In this document: positions 50,572 to 61,966 of the stretch, piece by piece | Position numbering within the stretch: position 1 is the stretch's first letter | Layout: the number at the start of each line of letters is the position of its first letter | Source of the DNA: Catajapyx aquilonaris | Lineage: Eukaryota | Length of the DNA stretch: 64,000 nt | Assembly (NCBI GenBank): GCA_000934665.2 | Contig: JYFJ02001697.1 | Location: 1-64,000 of the forward strand | Direction of reading: 5' to 3' | The notes under the pieces: generated by a model | Told to the model about the DNA's origin: nothing | Seen by the model: the letters and a program-made list of their open reading frames with translations, nothing else | Databases searched by the model: none | Made by a program: the position numbers and the translations under genes

Positions 50572-53500
50572 TATTTTACATTTAATTATTTTAACTGAAC
50601 AGTTCATAGATGCTACTCTCCACAACTTAGCTATAGTGGGGGGGGGGGATGCTGAATTCCAGAGCATGTGTAATGCACTGCAGTTTCAGCATCTGAATGA
50701 ACATGCACATATGAGAGAGAAATTTTTGTATGACCTTCCCATACAATAGAATGTTTCCCATCCTTTTTTTTTTACCTCCTTCCCTCCCTCTCCCGGCCAT
50801 CCTCATCCTCCACCCACGCCACCCCCTGGATAGCAACGCAAGGGCATTTTTCTCGTGCCACATGTGCAGGTGTCGCATGTGTATTGTCGACCTGATCTAG
50901 GCAGTTATTTGAGGTTTCGAATCCGCCTCGAGTTGGTTGTTCCTGCATTGGTATGACGTCCAGGAGTAATTAATAGTCAGGGTTGATTTCAACAATCACT
51001 TTGAAGAAACAATAATAATTGAAATTATTTTTGGAACCAATCGCGGAATATCAGGCTTTGAGCGTGTATTGCTAAAATATGTGCCATGAATCAGTGCCTT
51101 ACATAACAAAGGATTTACTCATATGCGCATATCACGTTGTATTAATAATGTAGCGTGCCAAATCCACCATTATTATGAATTTATTTATGATGCATGCAGG
51201 CTGCTCGAGACTAAAATATTGGTGTTTTATATCAACAGCAAATTATTCTACTGCCGATTTCATTGATTAAAATAGCATACCAATAATAATAATAATAATA
51301 ATTCCTTCTTGTGGTTATTCTCTTTATTTGACTTCAATATTTAATTTTGTGCTTTATAATACGACTTATATTAGACTTTCATTTAATTTTAAATTTTGAG
51401 CAACACATACACGTACACGTATTGTACCGGTATTATAACGCTAAATAATACTTACCATTAAAGAAAACTAAAATAACTTATAGAGTGGCATGTACACTAC
51501 ACATGTATATTGTAATACTCTTCTGCTTATTACATTGCACGTAAAACAATGATTTCGATTGCACATGATATGAAATGAGTTCGTGTTAAAATATGTCATT
51601 GCACTAGGTCAGAACGTGGCCTACGCATTATTAATAAAACATGGCTAACAGTTAAACCAAATGTAATCAAAAATTGGGAGTCACTCTTGAACATTGTGGT
51701 ACTTGGAATATTACGAAATTCCACGAAGGACTTATTACCGAGCTGAATCCGCATATTCATGTAACGTTACATAAACTGGCGTGATTCATCTCGTATTTTC
51801 TAAGAAGACATATTGCATGATGCACTTGTTTACTTTTTTAAAAAATTGCCAATTTGCAATCGTATGCTGAGTCAACGACTTTTCAAACCAGGTCGTAATG
51901 TACACAGGGTTTTTGTGATGGTTGTCAAAACGTGTCATTTCCGACCTATTGTTCACAAATAAGTTGTCACAACTCAAAGGGACGTACCCGCACTTAATAA
52001 ATGTCACCCGATGACAGGTCAACCCCCCGCGCCGACACAAACCGGATGCGAAATACTATGATTTCCTAGAGCTCACTATTCAGATTTTAAAAATATCCTT
52101 ACCTTCCTCTGGGAATCACGATTCGTAGACTGTGGGATGCAACACATGTGTTACGTTATATCCAAGGTGGCACTTATTTTATCAGCACCGCACATGTCGC
52201 GCAATGAACTTGGCGATTAACTACACAGGGTCTATCGAAGGGCAAAANTGAAATCAAAGGATATAGCGAATGCCATTGCTACTTTTTGTTTTGTCAGTAC
52301 GATTAAAGAGGGGGCTTTTTTTATATCTGAACGCGGTTGTTGTGGAGGACGAGTCGAATCAATTGGCAATTTGTGTGATTGCGGAAGAGACCCCCAATTG
52401 TTGAAGGAAGAATAATAACCGATACTGTTATGACCCATGAGAAATTCACAGACTGATAGTGGCTAAAATAATGTTTTTAAAAAATAGCCTCGTCATTTTT
52501 GTAAAGTGTTTAATTTTTTAATGGCAAAATACACTCTACAAAAATTATGGTTGAAAATATATTGTTCCTGGAATTTCAGCATTTTTTTGCCCTCTAGTAC
52601 CTGCGCAGTGCACGATATTGAATAAATAGTACAAACGTGACAAAAACACGCGCTATGTGTATTAATCCCTGCATATAGTTATAGGCATGGCAACTGTGAA
52701 TAAAAGCCAGACAATAACTGACCTTGCCGACCTTGCAACGTCATTTGCGAACTCTCATGGCCGCTATTTTCTCGTCGAAGAAAAAAAAAATTCATTCACG
52801 GCTATTTTTTCGACGCAAAAAAATATTTCTCAGTTACTTCATTCTTAAAAAGAGAGGCTCAGAAAGGCGTGAGAAAAAGTTGGAAATTCATTCAGAGAAT
52901 GATGCGCACAGTACTATGAAGGGAGTACAGTACCTGCATATAATATTACTGATTTTTAACCAGGTCAGAAGAGATCAAGTGACCTTTACTGTCAATGCAC
53001 TTTTGCAAGGTGGAGAACAGGTGAGAGAGAGAGAGAGAGAGAGAAAATAAATTTGCAAGTACCGCCAATCAACTTCGTCTACTTCGTATGTTGGACAAAA
53101 GAACTGAATTCCGCTCATTAATAATATGAAAAGCATCACATGCTCATCACATGCCTGTAATTTCAGGCCCCCATTGTTATATCTATGGAGAGGTCAATCT
53201 ATATACGTTATGTGAAGTGTTGATTGGCATGAGTTGGAGCTACACCTGAAATAGTCATCGTTTAAATTGGACATTATTAAAAGTGAAGGCAATACATTGA
53301 AAATAATTGTGAGATAAAGTACTTAGATGCAAGTGGATATTTTGCAATCGCTAGAGGAATATCGTGTTTACTAATTGTGTGAAAGGTCTCGTAAATTAGT
53401 TATAAAAAAACTTTTAAAAAAATTGCATAAAGAGAGAATATATTCCCATAATATATTCTGCAAAGTTGTAAAACTGCAGGTGTGAGAGTACATTTTTATT

Positions 53501-54270
53501 ATTATCATGAATGGGATTCCCTCAAGTTTTATTACCTTTATCTCAATATATACTTAGCACAATCCATTTCATATCTATCGTTTGCCCAACGCATTATTGA
53601 CATTAAGTCTTTATATGTGACAAAACTTTCAAGATTTTTTTTTTCCCCCTGCGTATTTCCTGTGAGCAAATGACGTAAATTCAAGCCTGAAGTTCAAGGA
53701 TGCGGACACTTTCTCCGAAAGTCACAGGAAGCGCCGTGAAGGTTAAGACAATTTACTGCACTTATTATTCCACACGTGTGTTGATCTCAATATGCAATTG
53801 CTTCATAAAAAATATTATAGGATGTATATACAAACACAAAAAAACGGTAGCAAACAAAACCGGGTTTTGAAACAGTAAAGCAATCACCTTTTAGACTTTG
53901 AGGTCATTAGTCAGATGCCCTTCAATTCCCGTCTTGAAAAGATGAAGTTTAAACGAGCCTTGATTTTGTGATTAGTCAGTGTGACCATGGTAAGGGTCAT
54001 GCATGTTTTGTACCCTGCAGCATCCCAGGTACTACATACACTCTTCTTATTCCTTTACACGAAGAGTCTTCTCCTTCGATTTTTAGAGGCCATCGACACG
54101 GTCACGATCATTGATAGTGAATCAAAACACGTGAAAAGTGTGGGTGTGGTCAATATCAACGTATTTGGACATCATATAGAATTGGCTGGGCATGACTTTG
54201 TCCCTATACGCGCCATCTGGTTGTGGCATACGTCCAAGGCGAGCTGGGCAGTGTTGCCAAATTTTGTTAG

Positions 54271-54410
54271 TAGGTAGCACACTTCGTCGGCCCGACGTCG
54301 GCAAATGACGCCGGGCCAATGTTGGGGAGCGATGTCGGGCCAATGTAAAACGGGTAACTTTTGTCACATCGGGCCGACGTTGGCATCCGATGTTGGGCCG
54401 ATGTTGGCAT
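54271..54410. mobile_element. GC-rich MITE-like remnant with repeated GGGCC(G/A)A(T/C)GT(T/C)GG motifs
   Basis: Five to six copies of the motif in both orientations. Confidence 0.5.
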
Positions 54411-56399
54411 ACAGTGCTGACCCGAACTACACTGTATACTGGCAGTTATTACTTCTTAGTAACAGGCCCTGCTTATTACTGGTCGTGTCTAAGCTAAGAG
54501 GCTTACACAATGCGATATATAAAAATGCAAAGTAATTAGACACCACACCCAGAGCACTTTGAAACGGGCACGTCCTAAAATAGAGTCGGAAATTAGTGTC
54601 GTCATGCACCGTCATTACTCTGTTGCAATAGAATTTTTTGATTGGACCGAATCGAATCGATGTCAATATGGAATTCGGTCAATGCAAAACACACATTGTT
54701 TTGTTGGACTCTGATCAACTGTACCAATGTTTATTGGCTCATCAGGGAACAGGTTAATTTAATATGCATTATTAAATTATGTTGGCGCCATTGAAGACCT
54801 TTTTCTTATTCCCTTGATTACAACTGATACGTGCCATAGAACATGCTTCCACAATGCACTTTATATCTCTGACTGATAAGTCCTCACATTGTACGCCGCA
54901 CCTTAAAACACTGTAAATAAGGAAAAACAAATATTCATTTTAAACATTTATGAGGTCAGCTCTTGCGTCATACACGTTATTATATTTAAATATTGTGCTA
55001 ACTGGACTGCATCACATTATGTGCATCAGGTGCTTGCACTTCTCTTCTTGAACCGTGACTTGTTACCTTTTTTTAAGTAATGGTCTACTTACGTAGTTTG
55101 GTGCGAAGGCTTCATGAGTGTTGCAGCATTTCAGGATGATTCTGATAGCTGACTAATTATTATCGATGATGGGACGTGTTTTGGTCATTAACAAACGATT
55201 GGCCTTCGCGTGAGGAGATTGAGCAATTATTGGAGGGGGTCAATGATACAGAAAATAACAACTACCTGTACTGTTACTTTGTGCAATTTATAATTTTATT
55301 TTTTTGTCAAAAAATGGTAAGCATTGACATAGTAATGAATTTGCCCTCATTACAAGCGCATGTTTGAAGCCAATTACATTTTTTTCTTCTCAAAACCAAG
55401 CATTACGTGTACAACAATCAGAGCCTGAAATGACCAGTAAGTCTAATTGCTTCTAGTCCCATCAAAAAAAAGGGCACGCGATGACACACTTGTCTCCAGA
55501 ACAATAAAACAATTTTGTGTATACATATGCATATTTGTGAAAAATTTTGCGGAATTTTTGCAGCGGAATTTTCATGCTCCAGTAACCAAAACAAGTTCCA
55601 CGCGTTTGGTTTTTATTTTGTCAAAATTGCTATCATTTACAAACATGTACATATAAACCACAGGATTTAACGGCAATTTTTTTTTGGTAAGCTAGGATGT
55701 GCTGACCTCCAGTAAAATGACCTAATTAAAAAAACCGCGATTTATTCGGATGATAACACAAAAAAACATGTCATAATGTTAAAAAATGTAGGGCGGAACG
55801 GGTTTTAACCATTGAGTTAAAAAAATTTTAAAAACGACAATAACAGCTAATAAAAATATCTTCGCAAGATCGTGACTTTTGTAAAGTAGGTGATGCGGCA
55901 AGTTACATTCACTTTTACTGCAAGTGCGATCTGTTAAAACCCCGTTTACTTAACGGTTTTTGTAGTTTTTTTTGCGAAAAGTGAAGGGGGTTGTGTTTCT
56001 CCAAAAAAAGTAACAGATGTCACATACGCATAAACCGTTCTTTTGGGTGTAAAAACTCCGAGTAAATACTGTACTTTCACCAACTTGAGGTTGGTGCACC
56101 AAATTGTTCTTGAATAAATTATTTGCCATTAACTTGGCGAGTTAAAGGCACGCGTTCACACGGACGTTGTTGTCGTTGGTCGTTGGTCGTTGGATCTCAA
56201 ACTTGGCAACGGTGCTTGTGTGAATCTAAGGATCATTCACATATGATTTTTTTTTACGAGCGCAACCGAGTGCGCACCACAGTTCACGCAACGTGCACGG
56301 TTGGAATTATCAGTGATATTTTTATAAGCTCAGTATATTGGATGTGATGTGCTTCACTTATTTCCAACGCTACGTTTGGGTGGGCGAAGTTACGTTACA

Positions 56400-56705
56400 G
56401 AGGCTCTGGAACGAACCTCATTTTTATAAAGAGCATAACAGTGCGCAACACAGTTCGCGCAAACTGTTGAGGGGGTAACAGTATGGCCGACTTTTGCAAT
56501 GTTGCCAAGGCTCTGGAACGAACATTAGAAGCTACCTGAGGAGTAACTTTGGCAACGTTGTCGGAGCAATGGACTTGCGCGAGTGTGGGTGCGCACTCGT
56601 CTGCGTTCGTAAATAAATTCGTTTATACAAAATGTGTATTTGCCCCCCCTGGATAGTAACTCTGGCAACGTTGTGGAGCTGCGCGAATGTGGGTGCGCAC
56701 TAGGT
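56400..56705. repeat. Local dispersed repeats just 3' of the His-rich gene stop
   Basis: ggctctggaacgaac occurs twice; act(t/c)tggcaacgttgt..gcgcga(g/a)tgtgggtgcgcact occurs twice. Confidence 0.55.
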
Positions 56706-56770
56706 TTCGCTAGTAACAAAACTTATCTGTAGACAATGTGAATGGTCCTGTTGGCATTTGTTGAGCAAAA

Positions 56771-59700
56771 TCATTTCTGCGCTCCTATGTTTTCAGAGAA
56801 GCTCTTGAGGTATGCTTCGAATTCTTCCATGACCGCGTCGGCTTGGTCATTTCCTTTGGACGTCGTTTCTTGGTATTCGGCACCGGGTTCGCTCAGGTAC
56901 GTCGCGTCTCCGTACGACTCCTGACTCGTTTCAGGTCCGCTGACGTACACTTTATCATAGTCGGACTTCAGAAGTGCTTCGATGTCCAAGTTGGTCGGAT
57001 CCTCCGTGGTCGTCTGCTTCGTCGGGGTCGTCGGAGTGTACGTCCAGAGTCGGTCGGACGCGGCATGGTTGCTGGTACGTTTGTCCTTGCTGTCGTACAT
57101 GGACGAGTAGGACGGACCGCGGTTTCGGACGATGTTCTTGTACGTTGCGGATGGTGGTACGAACTTGCGGAACTTGTGTCGGTTTCGGAGGAAGTTTGGT
57201 CTGGCTGTGGTTGTGGTGGTCGGTATCGGAGATTCGACGTTTGTGTATTCGGTAGATGTCTCGATGCTGTATGTACCGTCTTGCGTCATGGTTGGGTCCA
57301 TATGGGTCGAGGTCATGATAGGTCCTTCAGTGGATGTAGTGTATATCTCGACTCTTTCAGGTGTTAACGACGTGTACAGTTCCTCAGCTGGGGACGTAGG
57401 CGACGGGAACACGTACGTCGTTGGCGGTGTGTTGGTCGGGCGTGTAGTGTCATACACTTTGATCACATGTAAGTTGTTCGGTCGTCGTCCGATGTTTCGA
57501 GGTAGAGGCTTCGGTGCTGTGTTGTACGTCGTCGGTTGCGTCGGTGCAGGTGCCGGAAGACGTTTCTGTTGTCGACGTATCGGCTTGTTGTAATCGTAGT
57601 TGTCGGTGCTGGACCTGTACGTGTTGCTGTAATACTGTTGGTACGGTTGTGCAGGTGCGTAATGGCTTGACTTCGGAGGGTCGGAGAACACTGTCTTGTG
57701 CGGAGGAGGCTCGGTGTACATGGCCTTTGGATTGCCGCCGAAATGATGTGTGTTCATACCGTCGTTGTAGTGATGCATTGTCTTGCTGTCTGTGTAATGG
57801 TGTACCGTTTTGGCCGAACTTGGTACGCTGTCGGGATAACGGTGCTGCACTGTCTTGGTCGGGCTTGGCATACTGTCGTAGTGATGCACCATCTTGGTCT
57901 GGCTTGGAATACTGTCGTAGTGATGCATTGTCTTGGTCTGACTGGGCATACTGTCGTAGTGATGCATTGTCTTGGTCGGACTGGGCATACTGTCGTAGTG
58001 ATGCACGGTTTTGGTCGTACCGGGTTCGCCGTACGGATGTATCGAGTACTGGGCCATCGGCTTCGGCATGTCGCTGTAGTGGTGCATTGTCTTGATCGGA
58101 TTTTCAGCATACACAGTCGGCGTGGGCCTGTGCAACGCATCGTTGTAATGATGCACCACCTTCGCAGGTACACGCACGCTCTCTGCGAAGTGCGGCATTG
58201 TCTTCGACTGTGTGGCCACCGAGTCCGTGTACGACGACGACATTGCCGAATCGTGCAGCATATCGGCGCTGGGTCTGAAGCTGGTCTTCATCCCGTACAA
58301 GTTCATGTTGGTGGAGTACGGAGATGTGTAGTACGCCGACGATGTTGAGGTCTGTACCGGTGAATGTGTCGGTCCTGGTGGCGGCGGCGGTGGAGGCGGA
58401 GGTGGCGGTAACGACGGAGGACGTCGACCATGCCTGTAGTTCCGATGCTGTCTTGCATACTCAGGGTACGGCCCGTCGTGAAAGTGCTTGTGAGGCGGAA
58501 ACGACCTGTACGGCCTTACGTCATTAGGCGACGCGTACCTGTAATAAAATTATTAAAAAAATTATTTAAAATATTAAACGCAATTAATACGGGGTCGTAT
58601 ACCTGTACGAGGTCTTGTGACTTCTGGAATGCGAGTCGTAGTACCCTCCTGGCTCGTACGGCTGTAGGTCATAATCGTTGTATGACTCTGAATGGTGCGG
58701 ATCACTATTGAACTCCCTGTGGTGATAATGGCCGTGATGGTGACTATGCGGATGGTTGTGGAAGTGACCGTGACCGTGATGGTGATCGTCATAGTGGTGC
58801 ACGTGGTCGTGGTGTCCGTGCGGTTCTTCGTGATAGTAGTGGTGGTAGTGATGGTGCGACTCTTGGATCACCCTCTGGGGCGGTTGAGGCTTGCGTCGTC
58901 GACGTCTCTTCGGACGCCTCACCCTGAATGTCCTCCTGCCCGTGGGCGGCCCTCGAGGTCGACGGCCCCTGGGCCTGCGAGGCCTGATTGGCAGCATACG
59001 TCGAAGCATCACTGTCGAGTCCAACGTGTCGTTGATGGCGGTTGGAGATGGCGTCGTTGTGGCGGGTGACGCTTCGTAGGTGGCGTTGGTGTCGTTGGAC
59101 GGCCATGCTTCGACCTCTGGTGGTTCGGTGGTGGTGAAGAAGATGGTGGGTGGTGTCAGCTCTTCGGTTGCTGACGTGTGCAGTACTTGGAGCGCGAACA
59201 ATACCGCTCCCTGTACAAACAAAAACCGGTTTAATTAATTGACAGCAACAAAGCGTTAATAAGAGAGAAAGTTGGTCTTGAAATGTCGCCCAAATTTTAT
59301 GTACCGTGCTAATCATTAAATCTTGGTGGCGCCATCGGCAAAAAAGCGAATCGAAGTGATGAATTGCAGAGACACAATAACGTTCGTGGCGGCGCAAGCC
59401 AACGAACGTTATTGTGGTTCTGTCAAACCAATACATCGCTTCGATTCGCCCTTTTGCCGCTGTCGGCTTGTGGCGCCACCAGGACGTACGGCACTGTACT
59501 TTACATCTTCAGTACGAGCAGAATTTACTAATATGACCCATTTTTTCTTCTTCATAAAAGTCATTGCAATGTCGCTTCTCTATAAATCCCATATAAATCC
59601 TCCGAAAAGCCTAATTGCACCAGAAAGCTTATAAAATCCGGATGATAGTTACTAGGGAAAATATTGCCCATAAAAGTGCGGTTGTATAGTCTAGATTTGA

Positions 59701-61771
59701 AAATCTGATAGCGCAATAAGTAAGTCGCTATGAAGGATCTTGCTCATTCCCGCAAACCGTGAAGCATATAGCGTTCATCAAAAATCATAGGCGGTAAGCG
59801 TGATGTGTGAACATAGACCAATTTTTTGTTTAAAATTGCGAATTAGGTTTTTTTTGTTGCTACTCATAACAAATCGTTATGTGTACAATATTTAGTTCAT
59901 ACCAAAAATTCTTTAAAAATGTACCTGATGATGTCGGATTAATTAATTTTTTTTGCTACAGAAGTACACCCATCATTGTTCATTTTCGTTTATAGGAGTT
60001 CTAGTCGAAGTTTCCACTTTTACTATCGATTGTAATACCGCATTTGCCCTACTAACAGTACAGTACAAATTACGCTAATTGACCTTCTTAATTCGGAATT
60101 GGTCTAATCGGAGAGAAAAAGTCTTCCTCCTCTCTCCTCTTTGTGTACTAATCAGATGTGCACTTTCGCCATTACGCACATTGTAGAGTTTGACCTTATT
60201 GTTTTGTTCATTACTGACAATCTTGTAAAACTTTGTCACTGCGATACTTGTTCTCCCTGTTGCTAGACACCAGAATAATTTATAAGAAAGTATAGAAAAC
60301 TGAAGGATGGGCATGAAACCATCATATTCGACTTTAAGCTTGAATTATGCTTTTTATTAGTAGTCTATAAGGATATCCAGTACGTCATGAAACATCATCT
60401 ATGAAGTAGTGGGTCATGAATTGTATATGTGACATGAATCAAACATATTTTGCTCAATGTAATTTGGGACATCTTGCAACTTTATTATCACTTAGGGTTG
60501 TTTTTTTGGTCTGTTTAATTGAAAATATGGATACGACGGATTACTGTGACATTACCTGCCTCACAAAATACAGCTGTTGGATCTTTATCAAGTAGACCAT
60601 CGCAGGCTTACAGAACTAAGTACGCAGATGCCCTACAACTGGAAGTTAAACTGTCGGACAACCATTATTATCTGAAAAATGTCAAGTCCTTGAAATTCAC
60701 CGCCGACATCTGTGCAATATTCTAAGTGTAATTTTGCAATAATAATTTTCAGAACTAACTGAACTTCACTTATCCACTATCCTGTATGCTGAAGCAGGAT
60801 CATAAATGGCTAATAATTTGTTTGCATTCTTTCCATGGAACAATTTGTTCGTATCAACACAGGTTCCCACAGAAATCGTGCTGGAGGTTAACTGGCGAAC
60901 GAGGATTTATCCTTGATATTCATTAATGACAGCAATAAACTATGTCGCCAACAGTCATAAATAAATGCCAGTCGTCAATCTACCTTCAATGGTGCACAAT
61001 CATATACGATCAATTGTGGAACATGTGAGCAAAAGACGGGAAATACACCTGATATGAAACTGAGCCAATAATGAAAATGTGATTTCAGAAAAAAAGGTAT
61101 ATCTCCGCCTAAAGAAAGACATTGGGGACACCCCTGACCTAAAGAAAAGCAGAGGGATGTGAAGTTCACATGAAGGATATAATAATGTCCCATATTTAAG
61201 AAATACAGTATTAGTTATAATTATGCACAAATTTACAATAAAAAGCAGTAGCTTCATTTAATTTCGGAATTAATTTGCCCTTATTTGCACGCCTCTTGAC
61301 TATTATCCACGTTGAGATGTGCGACTATATGCAACGCATAACTGAATTGCATATTAATATTTTTGTCACTTTGCTTAGATACTCGACAATTTGCAATTGG
61401 TACAAATGGACCTGCCAAAAGTGAAGTGTGTGTCTATTACCTGGTATTCTAAAGTGTGTTTACTAATAATTCGCACATTTCTAGAGAGACTTCCTGGACA
61501 TTATGGGATCTTTTTTTTTACAGAAATAAAAAAATTCCTCTAGAAATCATTACTTTTAACCATAATCAAATATACGGGCTTTAAAAAAAATAAAATTACA
61601 TTGTTGCAATGTAAAAGTCAGCTTTGATACCATTCAATATGATACCAACTGTACATTTTTTCCCAAGTTAATATCTTGCTACTTAGCCTATACACTAATG
61701 TTAATTAATAAATTAAGTCACTTGAAAATCCTTACCCAGAGGGCTGGGAACAAGAACGAGTCGATCCTCAT
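56771..61771 (-). CDS. Secreted His/Arg/Pro/Thr-rich low-complexity repeat protein, 803 aa; exons complement(61736..61771, 58603..59210, 56771..58538)
   Basis: Exon 1 MRIDSFLFPALW|gtaagg joins tacag|GAVLFALQVLHTSA-TEE to give a signal peptide. A 64-nt phase-2 intron links the 212-aa and 511-aa ORFs in frame (SYR|YASPNDVRPY..PPPPPPPPP..STNMNLYG). The exons are GC-richer than their flanks. Confidence 0.85.
57857..58012 (-). repeat. Coding 39-bp tandem repeat x4 (K[T/M][V/M]HHYDS[M/I]PS[P/Q]T)
   Basis: Four near-identical units with degenerate K-x-x-HHY units on both sides. Confidence 0.9.
59321..59484. mobile_element. Palindromic MITE in intron 1 of the His-rich gene
   Basis: tcttggtggcgcca..ggcaaaaaagcgaatcgaagtgatg..cacaataacgttcgt is mirrored by acgaacgttattgtg..catcgcttcgattcgcccttttgcc..tggcgccaccagga. 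Confidence 0.75.
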
Positions 61772-61927
61772 TCTCCACCTAAAACGTCACATGTGTAGTC
61801 TGCACAACAACTGTCCAACACTGGCCCAAAAATCCGTCCAAAAAACCAAACAAAAAAAAAATGTCACACTACACATCCAACATGTTTGTTTCCCCCCAAT
61901 CTCCTTCCCACAGTGTCCACGAGCAAT

Positions 61928-61966
61928 AAATGAAGGCCTCAGCACACTTGTCACTCGCCTTATATA
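61928..61966 (-). promoter_or_regulatory. Candidate TATA box plus initiator of the His-rich gene
   Basis: Minus-strand TATATAAG (61959-61966) and a TCATTT Inr-like motif (61928-61933), about 160 nt upstream of ATG 61771. Spacing is slightly longer than canonical. Confidence 0.4.

Noticed and set aside
39095..56771. Splicing the His-rich protein onto the TM exons at 39 kb to make one mucin-like receptor
   Set aside because: The 511-aa ORF runs to its own stop at 56771 with no convincing donor before it. Treated as two genes, though not excluded without transcripts.
56843..59079. Plus-strand and alternative-frame ORFs over the His-rich gene
   Set aside because: Shadow frames of a repetitive coding region.
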